A DNA stretch of 64,000 nucleotides from an uncultured Clostridia bacterium (GCA_934747775.1 CAKVHA010000002.1:6361-70360), one strand, 5' to 3'. Positions 19,173 through 28,157 are shown, numbered from the stretch's first letter. Made by a program: numbers and translations. Notes: a model not told the origin generated them from the letters alone.

Positions 19173-19883
19173 TTAGGCTGTACCCCACTGTTCGTGAAGT
19201 TTTGCCCCCATAATACCGTTTCCTAATGGGTCTTCAATATTTTCTACCTGTAAGGTTTGAACTTGAAAATTAAAGAAAATATTTTTATTTGCGTACTTAT
19301 TATCTAATTCTTTACTTACGCTTACTGTTCCATACAAGAATGTTAATTCGTCACCCGGATTTAGTATGCGTGTAACCGGTTCGGTGTTACTAGACCCCGC
19401 AAGTTTTAGCACATACCAATAGTCTGGTTTCATAGGGTCGCGGCTGAAATTAACTAGCACCCAATCGGCACTATTAATATCACCAGTGGTCACCGCATCG
19501 GTATTGCTATCCTTAACAGTAACTTCGTGCCAATCGGCTAACACTCCGTTTTCGTCATAAGCGTGTTCAAACTCAATAACAAGTCTTGCCCTAACATACG
19601 CTTTCGACGAGTTGTTTGACATTTTTAAGCCGATGTTAAAGCTCAAATTGTCACCTGGGATAACCGCTTGTGGAGTTCCCACAGCTAGCGGATCCATTTC
19701 AAACTGCGTTGTTATATCAACCACAATTGGCTTAGCAAAAGTGATGTTAAGGTGCTGCGATTCTGTTTTTATGTACCACGCAAAGGTTAGCGAAAAAGCA
19801 GACATCACAACCACAAAGATTGCAATAACAACATAAACCGCTGCAAGCATATTAAGTTTCGATTGTTTTCGCTTTTTCTGCAT
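19173..19883 (-). CDS. TasA/camelysin-like secreted protein, paralog C
   Basis: N-terminus is MQKKRKQSK plus a hydrophobic helix, then TFAWYIKTES..NITFAKPIVVDI, which parallels the CalY/TasA region GGTFAYFSD..NTFAAGTLDL. Later landmarks are VIPGDNL, AYVRARLVIEF, DYWYVLKL, LNPGDELTF, and NKNIFFNFQVQTLQVEN as the terminal alternating strand. Confidence 0.6.
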   Translation of the reverse strand: MQKKRKQSKLNMLAAVYVVIAIFVVVMSAFSLTFAWYIKTESQHLNITFAKPIVVDITTQFEMDPLAVGTPQAVIPGDNLSFNIGLKMSNNSSKAYVRARLVIEFEHAYDENGVLADWHEVTVKDSNTDAVTTGDINSADWVLVNFSRDPMKPDYWYVLKLAGSSNTEPVTRILNPGDELTFLYGTVSVSKELDNKYANKNIFFNFQVQTLQVENIEDPLGNGIMGAKLHEQWGTA

Positions 19884-19946
19884 TTCGTTTCCTTTTTTTT
19901 CGTTTTAATGATTTTTTTATTTATTCTTTATGTTAAAAATATAATT

Positions 19947-20558
19947 TTAGCCGTTTGTATTAAAGTAATTTGTAACTGTTGTTTTAAATGTTTCGGGAGC
20001 ATAAGCCCAGCAGCCTGTGCCCGATTCTATTAACGCTTTACAAGCGCCGCCTTGCGCCTGGATTGCGGTAACGGTAAATTTAATATTTACGCTTTCTGCT
20101 GCGTTTCCTACTGTATTATTAAAGTCCAAGGTTCTAAATGAATTCATAAAGGTTATTGCACCGCTTTTTGAAACAGCGCCATTATAATAATAGTAATTAT
20201 TTTCTGTTCCACCTACCCACATATTGCCATATGGTAAAACGCGGACATAATCGGCGGTTTCCACTTTTACACACACAAAAACCGCTCCGCTTGTGCTGGT
20301 ATTGGTTATTGTAAGAGTGTAATCGTCACCGCTATAATAGTTGTTTGGGTTTAAAACTGGCAAAGCAAATTTGCCGTCGTTGTTCGTTCCGCCGCCAAAC
20401 TTAAAGTCCACAAGTCCTGCGGTAAGCGTATTATCCAAACTATGGGTATCAAACAAGTACGACATTGTTATGGTGGAAATAAAAGTTATTGCAACAATTA
20501 CTGACATTGCAAAAATTGCGATACAAGCTATTTTATCTTTTTTTGTCCAATTTTTCAT
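19947..20558 (-). CDS. TasA/camelysin-like secreted protein, paralog B
   Basis: MKNWTKKDK plus a hydrophobic helix, then TMSYLFDTHSLDNTLTAGLVDFKF. This is the closest match in the window to the SipW-type signal and N-terminal strand of CalY (TFAYFSDKEVSNNTFAAGTLDLTL). Further landmarks are VFVCVKVE, NNYYYYNG, SVNIKFTVTAIQAQG. AAAGGAGGAG RBS. Confidence 0.65.
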   Translation of the reverse strand: MKNWTKKDKIACIAIFAMSVIVAITFISTITMSYLFDTHSLDNTLTAGLVDFKFGGGTNNDGKFALPVLNPNNYYSGDDYTLTITNTSTSGAVFVCVKVETADYVRVLPYGNMWVGGTENNYYYYNGAVSKSGAITFMNSFRTLDFNNTVGNAAESVNIKFTVTAIQAQGGACKALIESGTGCWAYAPETFKTTVTNYFNTNG

Positions 20559-20576
20559 TTATCTCCTCCTTTGCCA

Positions 20577-20759
20577 CTGGTCGTGGCGGACTGTGTCTTA
20601 CTTGCTAAATTAGTATATTTTCTTTGTTCGGTCAATGTTTTAGTCGCACCGATTTTGTCAATATACTTATGTTAAAGCATCAACTCTTTCTATTCTTGTG
20701 CTGGTCGTGGCGGACTGTGTCTTACTTGCTAAATTATTATATCTTCTTTATCCGTTCAA
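20577..20759 (-). repeat. Direct duplication of a ~59-nt promoter/leader-like module (copies at 20577-20635 and 20701-20759, 124-bp period)
   Basis: 36 nt are identical (plus strand CTGGTCGTGGCGGACTGTGTCTTACTTGCTAAATTA), followed by 23 nt with 5 mismatches. Read on the minus strand each copy is TTGA(C/A)C..TATA(C/A)TAATTT-AGCAAGTAAGACACAGTCCGCCACGACCAG. The proximal copy runs straight into the RBS of paralog B. Confidence 0.8.
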
Positions 20760-20783
20760 GGTTTTTGTCACACTAATTCTATC

Positions 20784-22364
20784 TTAAATTTCTTGGAAAC
20801 AAATTGCGTCGATGTATGTAATTGCATTTGCAGGGAAATACACCATTAGTAACAAAGTGCCATTATCAGTTAATGCGGTGGTTTCTTGAGTTATAATTTC
20901 CCAATCACCACTACAAGAATATAATGATTGGTTGTTTCTACCCCAAGCTTGATATGTTCCGCCTGTCTTTTGAATATACACTGTGCGATTGTTAAATGTA
21001 TCCATGTTTTTGGCGGTAGACTTATATGCCAAAGTTATACGATATTTTTTCCCTTTTAAGCCATTAGCATTAAACTGAATAATGTTTGTGTTTTTTGTTA
21101 TATCTCCGCCAGTAATTGTAGCCTTTAAACTTTGGCTGCCTTCAAATGCTGTTGTATTGTCTACACTAAGTGTTCCTGTTATATCAACCGAAAACAAACC
21201 ATCTGCACGAGATTTGCTTGTATATGTTGTGCCAGCAGCATAACTCTCAAAGCCGCCGTCTATTACTTGAATGTTTTTATTTGGATTATATGTATTAGAT
21301 GCTGCTGTAGGTGTTGCACCGCTCCACGTGTACATTAGAAGTTCGGTTTTGCTAACCTTATCGTAAAACTTGCCAGACTTTGATGGAACAAGGTTGTAAA
21401 GCAAATTATTGTCGTGGTTGTAGAATTTAATTCCACCAAACTCAACTTCTTTACTCCAATTAGTATCCCAAATTAAGCCAATATATGATGCGTTTTTTGC
21501 TGTACTATCCACTGCGGATATTGTAAACGTAACCGTATTTAGCGAACCATTTGCAAAAGCTGCTGCTGTCATACTTGCGCTTGCGGTTAGTTTGGAAAAG
21601 TTCCAATTTGTCTTGTTGTTTATGCCAATCCACGCACTGTTATATGTACAAAAGAAAATACTATCATAAGTTGCGGTTGTTTTTGCGGTAAGTTCTATTT
21701 TAGAAATATTTTCCCATTTTAAGTCTAGTTTTGGGCCATATACTGCGCTAGCTGGTTTAGTAAGTGTGTAGCTGTTTGCAAACCAACCTGCTGGAGTGTT
21801 ATCCCAAGGGTCGCGATAGCCTAGGCTAAACGCACCACTTTTTGCGTCCACCATTTCGGCGGTTAGTTTTATTTCAACTGGTCGATTAGCGCCTTCACCT
21901 GTAGGAACTATGCTGGTTATTAGCGAAACACTTTGACCGACTTCTAATGTTGTGTTGTAGTAATAATAGCCGGAATATGTGTTTTTAATATTTTCGTCCG
22001 ATGCTAAAAAGCCGCTATTTATAACCACTTCGCTAAGGTGTTTTGTGGTGCAGATTTCATTGGTTGTGTCAGTGATTGCAATGCAATAATACACGCGCAA
22101 GTACACTGGGGTTGTGCTGTCGTTAGTTATGGTAGAACCGCTGGTTGTTGTGGTGCGGGTTCCTGCAGTGCCAAGGTTGTATTTTGCGGAATTAAACCTG
22201 CTGCCAAGTTCCACTTTTGCTGGATTGGTGCTAGGGGTAGTAACGCTACCTTCCTTAAACAGCCAAGCCAATGTGTAAGAGCACGCAAAGTAAAAAAGAG
22301 TAAGCATAACAAGTATGCCACACAAAAGCACTATTGATGTTTTTTTAGTTTCCCATTTTTTCAT
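20784..22364 (-). CDS. TasA/camelysin-like N-terminal domain fused to a ~340-aa C-terminal extension ending in a CBM4/9-like carbohydrate-binding module, paralog A
   Basis: MKKWETKK plus a hydrophobic helix, then YTLAWLFKEGS. N-domain landmarks are PVYLRVYY, SGYYYYNTTLEVGQS, VEIKLTAEMVDA. The C-terminus IQVIDGGFESYAAGTTY..AFEGSQSLKATITGG..GKKYRITLAYKS resembles the GGFE..G..SL.V..Y pattern of CBM_4_9 domains. Confidence 0.55.
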   Translation of the reverse strand: MKKWETKKTSIVLLCGILVMLTLFYFACSYTLAWLFKEGSVTTPSTNPAKVELGSRFNSAKYNLGTAGTRTTTTSGSTITNDSTTPVYLRVYYCIAITDTTNEICTTKHLSEVVINSGFLASDENIKNTYSGYYYYNTTLEVGQSVSLITSIVPTGEGANRPVEIKLTAEMVDAKSGAFSLGYRDPWDNTPAGWFANSYTLTKPASAVYGPKLDLKWENISKIELTAKTTATYDSIFFCTYNSAWIGINNKTNWNFSKLTASASMTAAAFANGSLNTVTFTISAVDSTAKNASYIGLIWDTNWSKEVEFGGIKFYNHDNNLLYNLVPSKSGKFYDKVSKTELLMYTWSGATPTAASNTYNPNKNIQVIDGGFESYAAGTTYTSKSRADGLFSVDITGTLSVDNTTAFEGSQSLKATITGGDITKNTNIIQFNANGLKGKKYRITLAYKSTAKNMDTFNNRTVYIQKTGGTYQAWGRNNQSLYSCSGDWEIITQETTALTDNGTLLLMVYFPANAITYIDAICFQEI

Positions 22365-22695
22365 TTTTTCAAAAGTACCCTATCAATTTCTTTTTTATTT
22401 TATATTAAAATAAAATTTTAGTAAAGCAAATTTACATAATATTATATATAATATTAGTATTATCAAATCTTTATAAAATACTCGCGGAACAAGCGTAAAG
22501 CAATATGTTGTGTTTTAATTTAATTGCAGCCACAAAACGAAAGTTTAAAAATGCGAATAAAAACCAAACTTAAAATTTTTAAACGCAAAAACCACATAAA
22601 ACATTTATCAAATTAAAACCGATTGAAATATTTACAAAACCAGAACAACCACAACAACACAAAGTTCCATTTTTATATAATTTACAACCGCATTA

Positions 22696-22736
22696 AAAAC
22701 AAAAAATATCCTTGTTTTTAAAAGGATATTTTTTTA
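22696..22736. terminator. Rho-independent terminator downstream of degV (bidirectional hairpin)
   Basis: AATATCCTT, loop, AAGGATATT, with an A-run on the left and a T-run on the right. Confidence 0.65.
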
Positions 22737-22755
22737 TATTAAAATTGATAAAACC

Positions 22756-23652
22756 TTATGGAAGTAGGCGTTTTTCATTGCTAATAAATGTAAATGCAAC
22801 GGCATTTGGACCTACGTGCGCGCCAATAATTGGACCCATAATTCTTAGTTCTGGTTCAATTCCAAACGCGTTTTTAATTTCTTTTTGGAATTCGGTTGCA
22901 AGCGGAACATTATCGGTGTGAACAATGCAGCATTTAAAGTGTTCGGTGTTGAAAGTAAAGTTTTGTTTAACTTCTTCCAAAATACTTTTAATAGCCTTTT
23001 TGCTGCCCATTTCTTTTCTTACAATTTCCAATTTGCCAGTTTGCGTAAACTCTATAATTGGTTTTAGGCGAAGCATTGTGCCAATGGCTGCTTTAACACC
23101 GCCAATCCTGCCTCCGCGTTTTAAGTACATAAGGTCGTCAACCAAAATAAAGTGCTGAATTAAGCCCTTAAGTTTGTTTATTTCATCAAAAGTTTCTTCC
23201 ACAGTTGCACCAGCGTCACGCATTTCGCACGCTACCCTAACCAAAAAACCTTCGGCTGCGGTTGTTGTGGTGCTCTCAAGTGCAAGGTAATTAATATCTG
23301 GATATTTTTCTTTAACAATTTCAATAGCTTTTAGTGCGTTGTCTATTGTTGGGCTTAACCCCTTGCCTTGCGAGATATGAATTGCGTTTTTAACACCATC
23401 TTCCGCCATTTTTGTAAACAAGTCAATGTGAGATTGCAAGTTTAAAATGGATGTTTTTGCAACACTACCTGCACGCAATTTATTGTAGAAATCTACATAT
23501 TCCGATTGCGACTGAAAATTATCAAGATACTCGTTAAGTTCTCCGTTTTTGTCTACCGTAAAAGTTAGTGGCGAAACATACACGTCGTATTTTTTTATTT
23601 CGTCGGCATATAATTCGCAAGTACTATCGCTGCTTACAGCAAAATTTTTCAT
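22756..23652 (-). CDS. DegV family fatty-acid-binding protein
   Basis: 298 aa. Starts MKNFAVSSDSTCELY (DegV proteins begin with an S/TDS..D/L block). LMYLKRGGRIGG is the conserved DegV GGRI motif. Confidence 0.8.
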   Translation of the reverse strand: MKNFAVSSDSTCELYADEIKKYDVYVSPLTFTVDKNGELNEYLDNFQSQSEYVDFYNKLRAGSVAKTSILNLQSHIDLFTKMAEDGVKNAIHISQGKGLSPTIDNALKAIEIVKEKYPDINYLALESTTTTAAEGFLVRVACEMRDAGATVEETFDEINKLKGLIQHFILVDDLMYLKRGGRIGGVKAAIGTMLRLKPIIEFTQTGKLEIVRKEMGSKKAIKSILEEVKQNFTFNTEHFKCCIVHTDNVPLATEFQKEIKNAFGIEPELRIMGPIIGAHVGPNAVAFTFISNEKRLLP

Positions 23653-23710
23653 AAATTACTCCTTAATTGATTTAATGATACAACAAAACTAAGCAGTTTT
23701 CAAAATAAAA

Positions 23711-24976
23711 TTAATCACAAACTCTATTTTTTTTGATTGCTCGTTTTTTCTCTGCTTTTTCTTGCATATAGTTTTCGTGAGTTTGAAGGTAGTTAATTAA
23801 AATTTTACGAGAACGCTCTTCGTTGGCAGGAATCAAGTAGCCCGAAAAACCAATTGCCGCAGCAACCGCAGCGATAACTGGGATCATTGAACCCATAACG
23901 CCAAGCATCATTGGAGCAATCACTCCTATATTTGCCGCAACCTCTCTATTAAACAATGCCCTATTAGCACAGCCCATAATACGCGACTTTGGAATCATTC
24001 GTCTTAAACAAAACATTGAAACACAGCCATACGCAAGACCAACCAAAATGTTGATTACAAACAAAAGCGGAGTGTTTGTTACAAATATTAGCGATCCAAC
24101 ACCAAGCATACAAATCACACAACTAGTCACAAGCAGCGGAGTTGTTTCTTTTTTATTGTCAATTAGTCCAAACACATAACAGCCCACTCCATACATTGCG
24201 TTGTATACAGCGGTTATTGTGCCTGTGATGCCGTAGGACGAAAATAGCAAATACAAATGAATTATATATGCAATACCTACAACATCCATAAAACAGAATA
24301 TAAAGTACACAAACCAATAACCAGATAGCATTTTGTGAACTTGTTTTTCTTGAAGTTTATTCAATTCGGGTTCTTTTGAAAATTCAATAGCCGCATTGCT
24401 AACCGAATCTTTATTAAAACCTTTTTCATTTTTGCTTTTAACATAGTACACAACAAGCGGAATTACAGATATTAGATACAACACAATTGAAATAGTCAAA
24501 ATTATGTTGCGATTTATATCCATTATAAAACCACCCACAATTACAGCAATCAAAACACCCGCTTGTTCCAAAAGGCGTGTAAGTCCCATCGAATTTCCGC
24601 CATCTTCGTTTGCGGACGCATAGTTGTAAATATATTCCATAGGCAAATACTTAAAGGCTTCGCCCATTCCATAAAACACAATAACCCCAATAATGCCAAC
24701 CCACATATTTGTGTCTATTAAAAAAATGCTAAGCGAATAAAGCACAACTGGAACAATTCTAATAATTAAAGCAATTTGCGGTTTTGTTTCAAAAAATTTT
24801 CTAAACACAACAACAGTAGCGAGCTTTAACAAATATTCCGCCGCCACAAGCACACACGCTAGCACAACCGAACCCGTAGCTTGCAATACAATTACAGGAA
24901 TAAATGCCCCTACAAGTTTTGTAGCGACATTACTTAGCACTTTATAAAAATTTAATAGCGACATTTGGTTGTGCAT
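23711..24976 (-). CDS. Multi-pass membrane transporter, probably MFS-type
   Basis: About 12 hydrophobic segments. The likely true start is ATG 24976 (GGGGA RBS), not the upstream ATG 25048 in the track. I saw no diagnostic signature beyond the topology. Confidence 0.45.
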   Translation of the reverse strand: MHNQMSLLNFYKVLSNVATKLVGAFIPVIVLQATGSVVLACVLVAAEYLLKLATVVVFRKFFETKPQIALIIRIVPVVLYSLSIFLIDTNMWVGIIGVIVFYGMGEAFKYLPMEYIYNYASANEDGGNSMGLTRLLEQAGVLIAVIVGGFIMDINRNIILTISIVLYLISVIPLVVYYVKSKNEKGFNKDSVSNAAIEFSKEPELNKLQEKQVHKMLSGYWFVYFIFCFMDVVGIAYIIHLYLLFSSYGITGTITAVYNAMYGVGCYVFGLIDNKKETTPLLVTSCVICMLGVGSLIFVTNTPLLFVINILVGLAYGCVSMFCLRRMIPKSRIMGCANRALFNREVAANIGVIAPMMLGVMGSMIPVIAAVAAAIGFSGYLIPANEERSRKILINYLQTHENYMQEKAEKKRAIKKNRVCD

Positions 24977-25234
24977 TTTATCCCCATTGTAATAAATTCT
25001 AACATATATTAACACAAAACCAAAAAATCTAAAAGTAAAATAAGACACCTTATAAAAGTTTATATTGTTTGCACAAACTTAGTTAGGTGTGTTTTAATTT
25101 AATTCAACAATATTTCACTAAGCCAATATTTCACTAAATTAACTTGTTAAAAAAAAATTTTAAAAGCCGACTAAAAAATAACATTGCAGAAAAAAATAAA
25201 AAAACGGTTTTCAAAGCTAGAAACCGCTTGTAAA

Positions 25235-25263
25235 CAAAAAAAACGAGAGGCGGGTACCTCTCG
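25235..25263 (-). terminator. Rho-independent terminator after the 25390-26277 gene
   Basis: CGAGAGG, 6-nt loop, CCTCTCG. The A-run on the plus strand gives a U-run on the minus strand. Confidence 0.65.
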
Positions 25264-25389
25264 CTACCTAAATATGTGTATGTAAATAGGTAGAATGAAA
25301 AATGGAAAAACATTTTATTTGTTTATAAAATGCATTATAATAATAACATCTAATTAGAGCATTGTCAATACCCAATTTTCAAAAAAATG

Positions 25390-26277
25390 CTATTTTTTTA
25401 GCGATTTTAGTGCTTTTATGACGCCTAAATCGTTAATTAAGCTAATTCTTTGCCCATTACTAAACAAAATTAGTGTGGTTTTGTTCGTTTTTTCACTTAG
25501 CTTTACATCGTTAAGTTTTAAAATAATTTTGTTTTTATCCCAATAATTTATACTAAAATCTACCACACCATATGGCACCACAAACTTAACTTTTGGATTG
25601 TAAAATCCTTCACCATATACAACTAAAATGTTTTTAAATTTAGGTACACAACCAAAACAATTTAGCGTTTGGCTAGGCAGATAATTTGATACTTTTGTTG
25701 TTTTTATTTGAACATTATTTTTTACTTCAACCACACTATTTGGTGGAATGTTTTCTTTAATTACACACCCCATATCAATACTACAATTATCGCCAATATC
25801 TTGATATATTCTTACATCGTCGGCAATTTTTACATTTTTGCCAATATTTATATATTTGTCAAAAACATTATAGTTATTGTCATAAAATCTATTATTGTTG
25901 CCAATAGATATATTGTTATCTAAATTATATCCACCACCAATATAATTATAATTGCCATATATTATAAGTGGAAACCCTATATTTGAAAATGGTGAAATGT
26001 AGTTTGTTGTAGCTGCAATTGTTTGATTTTTAACCCTAATTAAATCATCTAAGTTGTATTCATTACCATTCACCACACTTTTTGACAATAAGTACATCAC
26101 AATTGACTTTAAGCCATTTTGACATTTTACATCCAAGTTGTTTTGAATATAATAATCAATATACTTTTTGCAATCATCAAAAACATCTTTTTCGTTAATG
26201 TTTAGTTCTTTAAAGTATTTGTTTTTAATCTGTTTTAGCTTTTGCAAACTAAACTTTTTAAAATTAATTTTATCCAT
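25390..26277 (-). CDS. Left-handed beta-helix (hexapeptide-repeat) acyltransferase-like protein with an extra beta-rich C-terminal domain
   Basis: Imperfect hexapeptide periodicity runs through ISIGNN..INIGKNVKIADDVRIYQDIGDNCSIDMGCVIKENIPPNSVV. The gene is very AT-rich. The function of the flanking domains is unknown. Confidence 0.4.
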   Translation of the reverse strand: MDKINFKKFSLQKLKQIKNKYFKELNINEKDVFDDCKKYIDYYIQNNLDVKCQNGLKSIVMYLLSKSVVNGNEYNLDDLIRVKNQTIAATTNYISPFSNIGFPLIIYGNYNYIGGGYNLDNNISIGNNNRFYDNNYNVFDKYINIGKNVKIADDVRIYQDIGDNCSIDMGCVIKENIPPNSVVEVKNNVQIKTTKVSNYLPSQTLNCFGCVPKFKNILVVYGEGFYNPKVKFVVPYGVVDFSINYWDKNKIILKLNDVKLSEKTNKTTLILFSNGQRISLINDLGVIKALKSLKK

Positions 26278-26405
26278 AATAATATATATGAAAGTATTTT
26301 AAATTTGGATAACAAAAATTTGTAGCATTTTCCAAAATTATTTTGTAAAATTATTTTACTTTTGTTTGTCACAATGCCATAATAAAACAAAAGGAAGGTG
26401 GATAT

Positions 26406-27026
26406 ATGAAAAAAGGAATTTTTATTAGTTTAGAAGGTGGCGAAGGTGCTGGAAAAAGTGCTCAAATGGATTTTATAAAAAAGTGGTTTGAATACAACGA
26501 AATACCATTTGTGAGTACTCGCGAACCTGGTGGAACAGACTTGGGAGAAGAAGTTAAAAACATTATTAAGTACTCTACCTATAAAATTTGCGACCGTGCT
26601 GAACTTATGCTTTTTAACGCGTGCCGTGCCGAACTTATGGACGATGTAATTATTCCAAATCTTGAAAAGGGCGTATGTGTAATTGCCGACAGATTTTTAG
26701 ATTCCACATATGCATATCAATGTTGTGGGCGCGGTCTTAGCAAAAACGATGTAGAATATATGTGCAACTTTGCCACAAATGGTGTAAAACCAGATTACAC
26801 CTTTTGGCTAGACATCACTCCTGCTGCTGCTTTTGCAAGAAAAAACGGCGCCGACCAAACCGACCGAATTGAAACAGCAGACCTAAGCTTTCACGAACGA
26901 GTTTACGCTGGATACAAAGAGCTCAACGAAAAAGAAAGCCGTTTTATTAGAATTGATGCAACAAAAAATATAGCCGAAGTTAGCAAACAAATTGAAACCC
27001 AGCTAAACAAAATTTTTAATAAATGA
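26406..27026 (+). CDS. tmk: Thymidylate kinase
   Basis: P-loop FISLEGGEGAGKS, plus TREPGGT and DRFLDSTYAYQ motifs. 206 aa. GGAAGGTGG RBS. Confidence 0.9.
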   Translation: MKKGIFISLEGGEGAGKSAQMDFIKKWFEYNEIPFVSTREPGGTDLGEEVKNIIKYSTYKICDRAELMLFNACRAELMDDVIIPNLEKGVCVIADRFLDSTYAYQCCGRGLSKNDVEYMCNFATNGVKPDYTFWLDITPAAAFARKNGADQTDRIETADLSFHERVYAGYKELNEKESRFIRIDATKNIAEVSKQIETQLNKIFNK

Positions 27027-27128
27027 TTGCCATTTAACAACTTATTAAATGAATTAAAAGTTTATTATTTAATTATTATTTAAACACTAAATTAAACTTA
27101 TAATCACCATTATAATTGGTTGCTTAAT

Positions 27129-27157
27129 AAAAAAGACCTTAATTAAGGTCTTTTTTT
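27129..27157. terminator. Bidirectional rho-independent terminator between tmk and whiA
   Basis: AAAAAGACCTTAATTAAGGTCTTTTTTT is a perfect palindromic stem flanked by an A-run and a T-run. Confidence 0.8.
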
Positions 27158-28157
27158 ATAAGGTTGTTATTTTAAATCTGTTTTTTTGAATTTCGTCCGC
27201 TATTTTTATAATCTTTTCCAATCTGTGATTAATGCCGCTTTTAGAAATTTTATAACTATAAAGTTCGCGCAACTTATCTAGCGATTCATCTGGATTGGCA
27301 AGTCTAATTAAACAAAGTTCCATTAATGGCTCGTCTAGATTTTCTAGCCCCATATTATCTTGAATAATTTTAATAGCCTTCATTTGTCTAACAGAAGCAC
27401 TAACTGTTTTGTTTAGGTTTGCATTAATGCAATTTGTTTGCCTATTAACATTATTTCTCACTTCCCTAATTGCTGCTTCGTTTTGCAGCGTTAACACAGC
27501 GTGTGAAGCGCCTACTAGTGCAAGCATATCGCAAATAAGCTGATATTCTTTAATATACACAATTGGCGAATTTTTTCGAATTGTAACTTTGCTTGGAATA
27601 TTAAATAACTCTAATAATTTTACAAAATCATCTGCCAAATTTTCAAAGTTAAACACAAATTCTAGGTGATAGCCACTACTATTGTTGCGCTGTTTGTTGT
27701 CATAGTTTTTAATAACAATATTGCTTGTGGCACAACTAACAAAAGCCCCCATAATATAGCTACGTTTACAACAATCGTCTGCAATTAAAAAGTTAGGAAT
27801 GCCATTGTTAATGGTTTTGCATCCTTCTTCGTTTAGCGATACTATACCTAGATCCACTAGCAATTGCTCGGTTATTTCGCTTGGCAGCGTTATGCGATAG
27901 CGCGTGTTTTTGCTAATTGTGGCAATATCGTCGGAAATTTCCAAATCGCATTCGTAGCCATAATATTGTTTGATAATTGAGTTTATTTTTGGAAACAACT
28001 CTTCTATTTCAGTGAATATTTCCACCATATAATTTTTGTTTGTAATGTTAAGCTGACCACTACACTTTATTACAGCGCTCAAAAAAGCGATAGCACAACA
28101 ATCGTTTGTTATTTCTTGTTTTAATACTTCTAATTTTGCTTCGTACGCAAACGACAT
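27156..28157 (-). CDS. whiA: DNA-binding sporulation/cell-division regulator WhiA
   Basis: Starts MSFAYEAKLEVL, as WhiA proteins do. 333 aa. The C-terminal HTH is KISKSGINHRLEKIIKIA. Confidence 0.8.
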   Translation of the reverse strand: MSFAYEAKLEVLKQEITNDCCAIAFLSAVIKCSGQLNITNKNYMVEIFTEIEELFPKINSIIKQYYGYECDLEISDDIATISKNTRYRITLPSEITEQLLVDLGIVSLNEEGCKTINNGIPNFLIADDCCKRSYIMGAFVSCATSNIVIKNYDNKQRNNSSGYHLEFVFNFENLADDFVKLLELFNIPSKVTIRKNSPIVYIKEYQLICDMLALVGASHAVLTLQNEAAIREVRNNVNRQTNCINANLNKTVSASVRQMKAIKIIQDNMGLENLDEPLMELCLIRLANPDESLDKLRELYSYKISKSGINHRLEKIIKIADEIQKNRFKITTL

